Shown here piece after piece: positions 17,603-26,288 of a stretch of DNA of 64,000 nt. A program made the position numbers and the translations under genes. Every line of letters starts with the position of its first letter. Position 1 is the stretch's first letter. The notes under the pieces are model-generated. The model was not told where the DNA came from, ran no database searches, and saw only the letters and a program-made list of their open reading frames with translations. This stretch comes from Gemmatimonadales bacterium (GTDB lineage Bacteria; Gemmatimonadota; Gemmatimonadetes; Gemmatimonadales; GWC2-71-9), in the NCBI GenBank assembly GCA_036004525.1, contig DASYRJ010000033.1, forward strand, positions 6,266 to 70,265, read 5' to 3'.

Positions 17603-19003
17603 ATGATACGCCGGACCAAGATTGTGGCGACGCTCGGCCCCGCCAGCGGGACCGAAGCGGTGATCTCCGCCCTGCTCGACGCCGGCGTCAACGTCGTCCG
17701 GGTCAACGCGTCCCACGGCACGCCGGAGATTCGGGCGGGTTGGATCGCCGCCGTGCGCCGCGTGGCGGAGGCGAAGGGCCTCCCGGTGGCCGTGCTGCTC
17801 GATCTGCAAGGCCCCCGGATTCGTGTGGGCGACCTGCCGGCGCCGCGGGAGCTCGAGCCGGACCAGACCGTCGTCTTCGCTCCCGAAGACGTGGCGCGGG
17901 GGGACGAGCTGCCCACCACCTACGCACGCTTGGCCGACGACGCACGCGTCGGCGCCCGCATCTTGCTGAACGACGGGTTGCTGTCGGTGGAGGTGACGGC
18001 GGTGGACCCGCCGCGGGTCCGCGCTCGCGTCGTGGACGGCGGCACGCTGACGGCCCACAAGGGGATGAACCTGCCCGGTGTGCACGTCTCCGCGCCCGCC
18101 CTCACTGACAAGGACCGCGAGGACGCCCTGGACGGCGTGCGCAACGGCGTGGACTACCTGGGCCTGTCGTTCGTCCGGCGGGCGGAGGACCTCGCCGAGC
18201 TGCGGGGGCTCGTTCCCGCCGGCGTGAAGCTCGTGGCGAAGATCGAGAAGGCGGCCGCCCTCGACGACCTGGAGCGGATCCTCGCGGCCTGCGATGCGGT
18301 GATGGTCGCCCGGGGCGACCTGGGCGTGGAGTTGCCGTTCGAACAGGTGCCCCTCGTCCAGAAGCGTCTGATCCGCGAGGCGAACCGGCACGGCAGGCCG
18401 GTCATCACCGCGACCCAGATGCTCGAGTCCATGATCCAGCATCCCCGGCCCACGCGGGCCGAGGCGTCCGACGTGGCCAACGCGATTCTCGACGGGACCG
18501 ACGCGGTGATGCTCTCCGCCGAAACGGCCGCGGGGGCATACCCCGTCGAAGCCGTGCGCGCCATGGACCGGATTATTCGGGAGATGGAGCGACATTCCAC
18601 GGGGCGGGAGGACCAACGCCGCGTGGCGCCGCGCGAGGAGGTCATGGTCGAGGATGCCATCGCGTGGGGGACGCACGCCGTGGCCCGTTTGCTCAAGACG
18701 CCGCTCATCGTCACGCTCACCAAGGGGGGATTCACGTCCCGCAAGGTGGCGGCGCTGCGGCCGCCCGTCCCGATCCTGGCGGTCACGACGGAGCCCGCGA
18801 CCTACCGCCAGCTGGCGCTGGTGTGGGGCGTGCTGCCGGTGCTGGTGGACCGCGTGCCGAGTTACGACGCGATGCTCGCGGTGGTGCGCGATCTCATTCT
18901 CAAGCGTGAGTTCGCGAAGCCGGGCGACAAGATTGTGATGACGGCCGGCGTGCCCTGGGAGGTGTCCGGCAGCACGAACCTCATCAAGGTCGAGGAAGTG
19001 TGA
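17603..19003 (+). CDS. pyk: Pyruvate kinase
   Basis: MIRRTKIVATLGPAS, NVVRVNASHG, VLLDLQGPRIR, MVARGDLGVE, TATQMLESM, DAVMLSAETA. Confidence 0.9.
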   Translation: MIRRTKIVATLGPASGTEAVISALLDAGVNVVRVNASHGTPEIRAGWIAAVRRVAEAKGLPVAVLLDLQGPRIRVGDLPAPRELEPDQTVVFAPEDVARGDELPTTYARLADDARVGARILLNDGLLSVEVTAVDPPRVRARVVDGGTLTAHKGMNLPGVHVSAPALTDKDREDALDGVRNGVDYLGLSFVRRAEDLAELRGLVPAGVKLVAKIEKAAALDDLERILAACDAVMVARGDLGVELPFEQVPLVQKRLIREANRHGRPVITATQMLESMIQHPRPTRAEASDVANAILDGTDAVMLSAETAAGAYPVEAVRAMDRIIREMERHSTGREDQRRVAPREEVMVEDAIAWGTHAVARLLKTPLIVTLTKGGFTSRKVAALRPPVPILAVTTEPATYRQLALVWGVLPVLVDRVPSYDAMLAVVRDLILKREFAKPGDKIVMTAGVPWEVSGSTNLIKVEEV

Positions 19004-19004
19004 C

Positions 19005-19787
19005 GTGCGGCTGACCTTCCTCGGGACGGGCACTTCGTTCGGCGTCCCGCAGATCGGCTGCCAGTGCCGCACCTGTACCTCGACCGACCCCCGCGACCGG
19101 CGCAGCCGCACCGCGGCGCTGATCGAAACACGCGGCAAGCGCCTGCTCATCGACACGCCTCCCGAGCTGCGGCTCCAGCTGGTGGCGGCCGGTGTGGATC
19201 GCCTGGATGCCGTGCTCTACACCCATGCCCACGCCGACCACGTCCATGGCGTCGACGACCTGCGGGCGATCTCGGTGCGGCAAGGCGCAGGCCTGCCCGC
19301 CTACGGTCCCGCCGAGACGATGGCGGAGCTGGTCGCGAGGTTTCGCTACATCTTCGATCCGGCGATCGTGGCGGCCGCCGGCACCAGCAAGCCGGAGCTG
19401 ATTGCCCACGCGCTGGAGCCGGGGCGGAGCGTGCTGGTGGCCGGCGTGCCGGTGCTGGCCCTGCGGTTGCCGCACGGTGACCACAGCGTCTTCGGCTACC
19501 GGGTCGGGCCCATCGCCTACCTGACCGACGTCAAAGCGATCCCGCCCGAAGCGGCCGGCGAGCTGGCGGGGCTCGACGTGCTGGTGCTGAATGCCCTGCT
19601 GCCGCGGCCACACCCGCTGCACCTCTCGATCCCCGAGGCGGTGTCCGCGGCGCAGCGAATCGGGGCGCGCCGCACCTTTCTCACGCATCTGACGCACGAC
19701 GCGCCGCACGCCGACCTTGCGGCGCAGCTGCCCCGCGGCATCGCGCCAGCGTACGACGGGCTGGTCATCGAGGTGGACGGGGCCTAA
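19005..19787 (+). CDS. MBL-fold metallo-hydrolase (PhnP-like)
   Basis: GTG start 1 nt after the pyk stop. LTFLGTGTSFGVPQIGC, HAHADHVHG. Confidence 0.8.
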   Translation: MRLTFLGTGTSFGVPQIGCQCRTCTSTDPRDRRSRTAALIETRGKRLLIDTPPELRLQLVAAGVDRLDAVLYTHAHADHVHGVDDLRAISVRQGAGLPAYGPAETMAELVARFRYIFDPAIVAAAGTSKPELIAHALEPGRSVLVAGVPVLALRLPHGDHSVFGYRVGPIAYLTDVKAIPPEAAGELAGLDVLVLNALLPRPHPLHLSIPEAVSAAQRIGARRTFLTHLTHDAPHADLAAQLPRGIAPAYDGLVIEVDGA

Positions 19788-19810
19788 ATTGCTCCGGCAG
19801 GGAGGCTTAC

Positions 19811-21142
19811 GTGAGCAAGCAGAGCGCTGATGTAGACCAGCTGGTGCGTCAGGCGGTATTCGGGACCGCGGACGAGAAGGAGCGGGCTCGCTGGCAGATC
19901 TGGGAGATGGGCCAGCGCGCGGGCGTCCGGCCCGCCTCGATCCACGAGCTGTATCTGGCCCGGGGCCGGGGTGAGGTGCCGCCCTTCACGACCCCCGCGA
20001 TCAACGTCCGCGTGATGGCGTACGACACCGGCCGCGCGATTTTCCGGGCCGCCCGGCGGCTCGACGTGGGGGCGGTGATCTGCGAGATCGCCCGCAGCGA
20101 GATCGCCTACACCGACCAGCGGCCCGCGGAGTACGTCGCAGTGATGACCGCGGCCGCGCTGCGCGAGGGGTTCGTCGGGCCGCTCTTTGTCCAGGGCGAC
20201 CACGTGCAGGTGAATGCCAAGAAGTACGCCGCCGATCCGGAGGCCGAGCTGGGAGCGTTGCGGACGCTCATCGAAGAGGAGCTGCACGCCGGGTTCTACA
20301 ACATCGACGTGGACACCTCCACGTTGGTGGACCTCTCCAAGCCCAACCTGGACGAGCAGCAGCGCGACAACTACGAGCGCGCCGCGCAGTTCACCCAGTT
20401 CATCCGGGAGCGCGAGCCGGACGGCGTCACCGTCTCCGTGGGCGCCGAGATCGGTGAGGTCGGCGGCAAGAACTCCGACGTCCACGAGCTGCAGGCCTTC
20501 ATGGACGGGTACAACCGGACGCTCAAGCAGCTCGGCGGGTACGTCGGGATCTCGAAGATCTCGGTCCAGACGGGGACGAGCCACGGGGGCGTGGTCCTGC
20601 CCGACGGCTCGATCGCCAAGGTGCAGCTCGATCTCGAGGCCCTGAAGGCGCTGTCGCGCGACGCGCGCGCCAAGTACGGCTTGGGTGGCGCGGTGCAGCA
20701 CGGCGCCTCGACGTTGCCGGCCGACGCGTTCGGCAGCTTCCCCGCGTGCGAGGCGGTGGAAATCCATCTCGCCACCAACTTCCAGAACATCGTCCTCGAC
20801 CACCCCAAGTTGCCGGCGGACGTGCGCCGCGAGATCAACGACTGGGTCAAGGTCGAGTGCAAGGACGAGTGGAAGAAGGGGGACACCGAGGAGCAGTTCA
20901 TCTACAAGAGCCGCAAGAAGGCGATCGCCCCCTTCAAGCGGCGGCTGTGGGACCTCCCGGCCGAGGTGCGGGCGGCGATCGGCGCCGACCTCGAGAAGAT
21001 GTTCGCGTTCCTGTTCGAGCAGCTGCGCGTGCAGGGGACCCGCGCGGCCACGGACCGCTACGTCAAGCCGCCGCTCGATTCGCATCCCGCGCCGCGCGCC
21101 GCCCTGGTCGCCGCGCCGGACGACGCGGAGGCGGGCGAATGA
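19811..21142 (+). CDS. Class II fructose/ketose-bisphosphate aldolase family protein (long form)
   Basis: GGGAGG RBS plus GTG start. TPAINVR, FVQGDHVQV, FYNIDVDTS, GAEIGEVGG, SVQTGTSHGG, AVQHGASTLP. Confidence 0.8.
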   Translation: MSKQSADVDQLVRQAVFGTADEKERARWQIWEMGQRAGVRPASIHELYLARGRGEVPPFTTPAINVRVMAYDTGRAIFRAARRLDVGAVICEIARSEIAYTDQRPAEYVAVMTAAALREGFVGPLFVQGDHVQVNAKKYAADPEAELGALRTLIEEELHAGFYNIDVDTSTLVDLSKPNLDEQQRDNYERAAQFTQFIREREPDGVTVSVGAEIGEVGGKNSDVHELQAFMDGYNRTLKQLGGYVGISKISVQTGTSHGGVVLPDGSIAKVQLDLEALKALSRDARAKYGLGGAVQHGASTLPADAFGSFPACEAVEIHLATNFQNIVLDHPKLPADVRREINDWVKVECKDEWKKGDTEEQFIYKSRKKAIAPFKRRLWDLPAEVRAAIGADLEKMFAFLFEQLRVQGTRAATDRYVKPPLDSHPAPRAALVAAPDDAEAGE

Positions 21143-21495
21143 GCGAACGGGGCGGAGGGGGCGGGGGCGGGGGCGGGGGCGGATCGGGGTTCGGCGGCTT
21201 CCTGCTCGGCGTGGCGGTGGGGGCGGTCGTGGGCCTGTTGTTCGCCCCGGAAACGGGCGAGGGGACACGGCACAAGCTGTCGCGCCGGCTGCGCGACCTG
21301 CGCGACGCCGCCGAAGAAAAGGCGGAGGAGGTGCGCGGCCTGCTCGACGCCGAGCCGGACGAGGGCGCGGAGCCGCGCTCCACCCGCGAAGAGCTGACCC
21401 GGCGCCTCGAGGCCGCACGGCGCCGGCGCCGCCGCCCGCCCGGCGCGGCGGAGGGGGCGTCGGAGCATGAGGAGGAGGACGAGCCCGTCGCGTGA
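21139..21495 (+). CDS. YtxH-domain protein with poly-Gly N-terminus
   Basis: ATGA overlap with the aldolase stop. GFLLGVAVGAVVGLLFAPETGEGTRHKL, then a charged helical tail. Confidence 0.65.
   Translation: MSERGGGGGGGGGGGSGFGGFLLGVAVGAVVGLLFAPETGEGTRHKLSRRLRDLRDAAEEKAEEVRGLLDAEPDEGAEPRSTREELTRRLEAARRRRRRPPGAAEGASEHEEEDEPVA
21157..21180 (+). repeat. (GGGGGC)4 microsatellite in the YtxH gene
   Basis: Direct reading. Same hexamer unit as in nrdJ. Confidence 0.9.
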
Positions 21496-22349
21496 AGGGC
21501 GAGGGCGGCTGGCACCGATCGGTGACCGGCGTGGTGCGCCGCACCCTCGAAGCGGCCTTCGAAGACAACATCCCCTTTCTCGCCAGCGCGCTCTCGTTCG
21601 ACCTGCTGCTCACGGCCATCCCTTTCGTCGGGCTCGCGCTCGCCGTCGTGGGTTATCTCGCGCAGCACCAGATCACGACGCATCAGGTGGACGTGCACGA
21701 GCTGCTGGCGCGCTTCCTGCCCGCGGCGGCCAGCGACGCGGATGCGTTCGGTCCCGTCGAGCAGGCGCTGAGCCGCGTGGTGGCGCAACGCGCGCGCCTG
21801 ACGCTGTTCGCGGTGCCCCTGTTCTTGTGGTTCTCGACGCGCCTGTTCGGCGGCCTGCGCGCCGCCCTGAACGAGGTGTTCGACACCGACGAGCGCCGCC
21901 CCTGGCCCGTCGCCAAGCTGCTCGATTTGGCGATGGTGCTCGCCACCGGGGCGCTGCTCGTCGCCAACGCCGTGCTCTCCGCCGTCGGCGGCGGCAAGGA
22001 CTCGTTCGTCTGGCGCTTCGGCGCCGAGCTTGCGGCGCTGGGCTTCGGGACCCTGCTGTTCTTCGTCATCTTCAAGTTCCTGCCGAGCCGGCGCATCTAC
22101 TGGCGCACCGGGCTCGTCGCGTCGGTGTTCTGCGCCGTCGGATTCGAGATCGCGAAACGGTTGTACGCCCTGTACGTGACCCGATTCGCCACGTTCGATC
22201 GCGTCGCCTCCGACGCGAACGTCGTCGGCTTCCTGCTGTTCCTGCTGTGGATCTACTACACGGCCTACGTCTTCCTCCTGGGGGGCGAAGTGGCGGAGAC
22301 CTACGACCTGATGCGGATGCGGCGCCAACAGCGGGTGCGGCTCGGATGA
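21492..22349 (+). CDS. YihY/BrkB family membrane protein
   Basis: GTGA overlap with the YtxH stop. ASALSFDLLLTAIP, multiple TM segments, C-terminal YYTAYVFLLGGEV. Confidence 0.8.
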   Translation: MKGEGGWHRSVTGVVRRTLEAAFEDNIPFLASALSFDLLLTAIPFVGLALAVVGYLAQHQITTHQVDVHELLARFLPAAASDADAFGPVEQALSRVVAQRARLTLFAVPLFLWFSTRLFGGLRAALNEVFDTDERRPWPVAKLLDLAMVLATGALLVANAVLSAVGGGKDSFVWRFGAELAALGFGTLLFFVIFKFLPSRRIYWRTGLVASVFCAVGFEIAKRLYALYVTRFATFDRVASDANVVGFLLFLLWIYYTAYVFLLGGEVAETYDLMRMRRQQRVRLG

Positions 22350-22444
22350 GGGTTCCGATCGACCTGCGCGCCGTCACCCACCTCGACGTGAGTCGGTCGG
22401 ACGTGGAGCGCGCCGTGCGGCTCATTGCGGAGGCGCTGCGGTGA
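22346..22444 (+). other. 32-codon ORF resembling only the extreme C-terminus of low-specificity L-threonine aldolase (remnant or micro-ORF)
   Basis: MRVPIDLRAVTHLDVSRSDVERAVRLIAEALR resembles the aldolase C-terminal pattern ..VRLVTH.DVSR.D.E.A. It has an ATGA overlap upstream and a GTGA overlap downstream. Confidence 0.35.
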
Positions 22445-22473
22445 CCACCCAACCTGAGCCCCGGCCTCAGCCC

Positions 22474-23904
22474 ATGCCCATGGCCCGGGCCATCCTCTGG
22501 AACCCCATGAGCCACGAGGGAGGGCCCGGAGCCCGCGTGTCGGGGCGCGCGCCCTACCCGGTGTTCTTCCAGCAAGAGGCCGTGGTGGCGCTGCAAGAAC
22601 ACCTGAAGGCGTCGCCGGAGCAGGCGATCTTCGGCTTCCTGGCGGGGGACGTGTTTCGCGATCCCGAAGCCGGCGTGCTGTACGCCGTGATCGACAAGAC
22701 GCTGCGTTTGAACCAGGCGATCTACGGGGACAAAACCGAGGTGGTCGTGGCGCGGCTGTGGGACCGCATGCAAGAGCAGCTGGCGCGCGCCTCGGGCCGC
22801 CTGCTGGGCTGGTATCACAGCCACCCGGGACACGACCTGTCGCTCTCGACCCACGACGTCGAGACGCACGAGAAGTATTTCACCGACCCGTGGCACGTGG
22901 CGGTGCTGGTGGCCGCGCAGGCCGAAGGGGTCGTGGGTGCGTTCTTCCGCTCGAGCGCCACGGCGTCGTGGGCCGAGACGCCCCTGCCGTTCTACGAGCT
23001 GCTGCAGCCCGACTCGATCCGCAGCGACGGCAAGAAACGGTCGTTCGTCACCTGGAAGAACTACAAGGCGTACAATCCGGTCAGCGCGAAGCGGCCGTCC
23101 GGTTCGGCTGCGGCGCCGCCCCCCCCGGCCCCCCCGCCCCCCCCGCCCCCGCCCCCGCCCCCGCCCCCCCCCCAGCATCCTCCGGCGGCCGCGGCGGCCG
23201 CAGACGATCTGCCCCTGATCCGTACCAGTGCCGACGACGAGCCCGCTCCTCACGCGACGCGGCCGGCGGCGCCGGTGTTCGTCCCCGACGAGCCGCCTGC
23301 GCGGCGCCCATCGCCGCCACCTCCCCCTCATCCTCCTCGTTCTCCGGAGTCGCGGGCGCCGCGGCGGACGCCGGCTCCATCGTTCAAGCTGCTGGACCAG
23401 AAGCCCTCCGCCCGGCGTCGCGGGCGCCGGAGACGCGGACGCTGGCTCACCCGGCTCGTACTGCTGCTGATCGTTGGGGGGGCGGCAGCGGCCGGCTACT
23501 GGTACTTCGTCCTGGGACAGCGGCCGGTTGCGATCCCGGCCGTCGTGCAGCGGCTGTTGGACCGCGTGAAGCCCGCCGGGACGTCTCCGCCCACCCGCCC
23601 GACGGCGCGCGCCCCCCGGTCTGACACGGCGTTCGCGCGATTCGACCGGCTGAGCGACACCCTGTTCCGCGCGGTCCGCAATTACAACGATCGCGCCGTG
23701 ATGTTCGCGAACCGGCAGATCGACTGCGCCGCTCTCGCGCGCGGACTCGTCGCGATCGAGAACCTGTGGATCACCTACAACGACGAGCGGCGGGGCAAGG
23801 TCGCATCGTTCGATGCGCGCCGCGCCGCCCGCGACCAGACGCTGTACGCCGGCGTGGACTCGGTCGAGGGCCAGTTCGAGCGGTCGCGTTGCCGCCGGCC
23901 GTGA
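22474..23904 (+). CDS. Membrane-anchored JAMM/MPN+ metalloprotease-like protein, cassette copy A (alternative start GTG 22441)
   Basis: E motif PEQAIFGFLAGD. JAMM motif GWYHSHPGHDLSLSTHD (HxHx7SxxD). Poly-Pro linker. TM helix LVLLLIVGGAAAAGYWYFVL. Conserved C-terminal domain ending CRRP. The N-terminus MPMARAILWNP aligns with copy B. Confidence 0.7.
   Translation: MPMARAILWNPMSHEGGPGARVSGRAPYPVFFQQEAVVALQEHLKASPEQAIFGFLAGDVFRDPEAGVLYAVIDKTLRLNQAIYGDKTEVVVARLWDRMQEQLARASGRLLGWYHSHPGHDLSLSTHDVETHEKYFTDPWHVAVLVAAQAEGVVGAFFRSSATASWAETPLPFYELLQPDSIRSDGKKRSFVTWKNYKAYNPVSAKRPSGSAAAPPPPAPPPPPPPPPPPPPPQHPPAAAAAADDLPLIRTSADDEPAPHATRPAAPVFVPDEPPARRPSPPPPPHPPRSPESRAPRRTPAPSFKLLDQKPSARRRGRRRRGRWLTRLVLLLIVGGAAAAGYWYFVLGQRPVAIPAVVQRLLDRVKPAGTSPPTRPTARAPRSDTAFARFDRLSDTLFRAVRNYNDRAVMFANRQIDCAALARGLVAIENLWITYNDERRGKVASFDARRAARDQTLYAGVDSVEGQFERSRCRRP
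23119..23173 (+). repeat. C-rich (CCCCCG)n-type microsatellite encoding poly-Pro
   Basis: C8GGC7GC8GC5GC5GC5GC10 read directly. It is the complement of the GGGGGC unit seen elsewhere. Confidence 0.9.
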
Positions 23905-24878
23905 CCTTGCTCGTCGCGGTGCTGCTGGCGAGCCAGGGACTCGCGCCGCTCCGCAAGAGCGACCTGGTGCGGCTACTTTCCGGCTCCGCCATGACGCAGC
24001 AGGAGATCGCCGAGTTGGTGCGCCGCAACTGTCTCACCTTCGATGCGACCGAGCGAGACCGCCAGGACTTGCGCCGGTTGGGTGCGGAGGCCGTGTTGCT
24101 GAGCGCCGTGGATGGGTGTGCGCGCCGGGAGGCGGCGCGGGCCGCGCCGCGTCCTCCCGCCCCCCCACCTTCCGCTGCGCGCGTCGCGCCCCCCCGCCCC
24201 CAGTCCAGGCCTCCTCCCGTTCCCTCCGCGACGTCGCCTCCGGTGATCCGGATCGCGGCGGAGCGGAGCGGCTTCGTCGCCGGGGCGGGGCAGCGCGGGC
24301 CGGCGGGTACCCGGCTCCCGCGGGCGCTCGTCTTCGAGGCCCGCGATTCGGCCGGCTCGCCGGTCGTGGGGCAGACGGTGGAGCTCGTCGCCGTCAACGC
24401 GCGGGTGGAGCCCACCACCGCCGTGACGGATGCGGCCGGACGCGTTCAAGTGGGCGTGACGCTGGGGCAGCGGGTGGGATTCGCCACGGTGATCGTCGCG
24501 GTGGGTGTGATCGAGAAGCAGGCGGCGTTCGCCGTGGCGGTGGGACCCGCGGCGCAGCTCGTCGTGGCGTGTCGCGGCGCGACCCTCGCGGGCCGCGCCG
24601 TGCTGCGCCCCGACACGGTGGTGGGGCTGCGCGTGACCGCGCAGGACGCGTACGCGAACGCGGCACCCCTCACGGGCCTGCGGGCGGCGGTGGCGGACGC
24701 GCGGATCTTCCGCGTGCTGCGGATCGCCGAGGACAGTGGCGGTGGGGAGGGGACCGTGACCCTGAAACCCGATCAACCGGGCACGACCAGCCTGGCGGTG
24801 ATCGCGAACGGGCTGCGGCAGTACCTGACGCTGACCGTGCTGCCGCGAGGCGCCCGCGAGCCGGCGGATTGCCCCTAA
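23901..24878 (+). CDS. Secreted protein: conserved ~55-aa Cys-containing N-domain, Pro-rich linker, Ig-like (Big_1/invasin-type) repeats; cassette copy A
   Basis: The GTG start lies inside the stop of the upstream gene (GTGA). Signal peptide TLLVAVLLASQG. LRKSDLVRLL..EIAELVRRNCLTF..LGAEAVLLSAVDGC. Repeats such as VTDAAGRVQVGVTLGQRVGFATVIV. Confidence 0.65.
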   Translation: MTLLVAVLLASQGLAPLRKSDLVRLLSGSAMTQQEIAELVRRNCLTFDATERDRQDLRRLGAEAVLLSAVDGCARREAARAAPRPPAPPPSAARVAPPRPQSRPPPVPSATSPPVIRIAAERSGFVAGAGQRGPAGTRLPRALVFEARDSAGSPVVGQTVELVAVNARVEPTTAVTDAAGRVQVGVTLGQRVGFATVIVAVGVIEKQAAFAVAVGPAAQLVVACRGATLAGRAVLRPDTVVGLRVTAQDAYANAAPLTGLRAAVADARIFRVLRIAEDSGGGEGTVTLKPDQPGTTSLAVIANGLRQYLTLTVLPRGAREPADCP

Positions 24879-24904
24879 AGCACCGCGGCGCCGCTGTCAC
24901 AGGG

Positions 24905-24932
24905 TTGAAACAGTTGTGTGGGCCGTTGCAAT
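24905..24932 (+). promoter_or_regulatory. Candidate sigma70-type promoter for cassette copy B
   Basis: TTGAAA, a 16-nt spacer, then TGCAAT, in the 300-bp gap between the cassettes. Confidence 0.25.
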
Positions 24933-25181
24933 CGAGAGTCATCGGATCGCGGCCCTCAAGGGTTGCCCCTACTCCCCCCGACCGGTCTAACTGCCCCACG
25001 ATAAGCGACTTGCCCTGCGCCCGTCCGACGCCCGCAGCACGTGCCCGCGGCGAGGAAGTTGCGTGCGCAAAGGGCGATGGACGTCGTCCGGGGCATCCCC
25101 GTGAGGCATCGCGTCCCCGACGCGACCCTTTCGCTGACCGGCGTCATTCCCGCCCGCGGCGGGGATTACGTCGAACGGCCC

Positions 25182-26288
25182 ATGCCCGTCGCCTCCGCCG
25201 TTTTCTGGACGCCGATCGGCCAGCCGGGAGCCGACCCCACCTATCCGATCATGATCACCCGCGCCGCGCTCGCCGCCGTTCACGCCCAGCTCGCGGCGCG
25301 GTCGGAGGGCGCAGCGTCGGTCGGGTTTTTGGTCGGTGGGCTGTATCTGTCTCCCGAGACGCGCATCCCATACATCATCGTGGAGTCTACGATCGACATG
25401 CCGTGGTCGATCGGCGGTGATCATCTGAAGTCCGCGCTACTCCAGGGCCGCGATATCGCGCTCCAAGAACTGCAGCCGGGGGAACAACTCCTGGGTTGGT
25501 ACCACTGCCATACCGCGCTGCGCGCCCGGCTCTCCGCCCCGGACGTGGAGGCCCACCTCGCCTGCTTCGAGGAGCCGTGGCACGTCGCGCTGGTCGTCGC
25601 ACGGGGCCTCGATGTCACGGGGGGCGTCTTTCGTACCGGGTTGGACGGGACGAGGTCCAACGAGTACTTGCCTTTCTACGAGTTGCCCGAGCCGGCGGGA
25701 CGCGGTGCGAACAGCGACACCGGATTGCCCTGGGCAAACTACCGGCCGCAGGCGCTGGCCCTCTCTCTGGAGGGCGTGGCGCAGCCCGCCGGTGCTCCGC
25801 CGCCGCGCGTGTTCCTGCCCGAGGATGCTGAAGTCGACGATGCCGAGGTCGAGGCGAAGGCGCTCCCGGCGCGCCCGCTCGCCCGCCTGGCGAGTCCTTG
25901 GGTGCTGGCCCTGGCGGCGGCCGGGGTGCTGTTCGGGGCGTACCGAGCGCTCGCGTCGGGCAGGGGAGGCGGGGGAGGCGCGGCCGCGGTCGAGGGAAAC
26001 GCCGTGACACCGGATCGGGTCCAACGCCTCGCCGACAGTACGGCCTTTGCCGTCGCCGCGTTCGGGATCCGCGCGCGCCTGTTCGACGGCCGCAAGATGG
26101 CGTGCGCCGATCTGGGGCGGGGCCTGGTCGAGGTGGAGGATCGGTGGACGGCGTACAGCGCCGCGCGGGGCGTGGCCGGGGGAGCGGGAACGCTCGACGC
26201 GGCGCAGGTGGTGAGGGATCGTCGCTTGCATGCCGACGTGAACGCGGTCGAAGATCGGTTCGCGAGCACGGGGTGCCCGCGGCCATGA
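25182..26288 (+). CDS. Membrane-anchored JAMM/MPN+ metalloprotease-like protein, cassette copy B
   Basis: MPVASAVFWTP.. E motif SEGAASVGFLVGG. GWYHCHTALRARLSAPD (HxHx7SxxD retained). TM helix WVLALAAAGVLFGAY. C-terminal domain paralogous to copy A, ending CPRP. Confidence 0.65.
   Translation: MPVASAVFWTPIGQPGADPTYPIMITRAALAAVHAQLAARSEGAASVGFLVGGLYLSPETRIPYIIVESTIDMPWSIGGDHLKSALLQGRDIALQELQPGEQLLGWYHCHTALRARLSAPDVEAHLACFEEPWHVALVVARGLDVTGGVFRTGLDGTRSNEYLPFYELPEPAGRGANSDTGLPWANYRPQALALSLEGVAQPAGAPPPRVFLPEDAEVDDAEVEAKALPARPLARLASPWVLALAAAGVLFGAYRALASGRGGGGGAAAVEGNAVTPDRVQRLADSTAFAVAAFGIRARLFDGRKMACADLGRGLVEVEDRWTAYSAARGVAGGAGTLDAAQVVRDRRLHADVNAVEDRFASTGCPRP

Noticed and set aside
19784-21619. 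611-aa minus-strand ORF, and the 21063..22328 (421 aa) ORF
   Set aside because: They are antisense to the aldolase, YtxH and YihY genes, which all have clear family motifs and coupled start/stop junctions.
14992-23173. G/C-rich tandem repeats as a possible CRISPR array
   Set aside because: The units are 6 nt, have no spacers, and lie inside coding regions as Gly/Pro codons. No cas genes are present.
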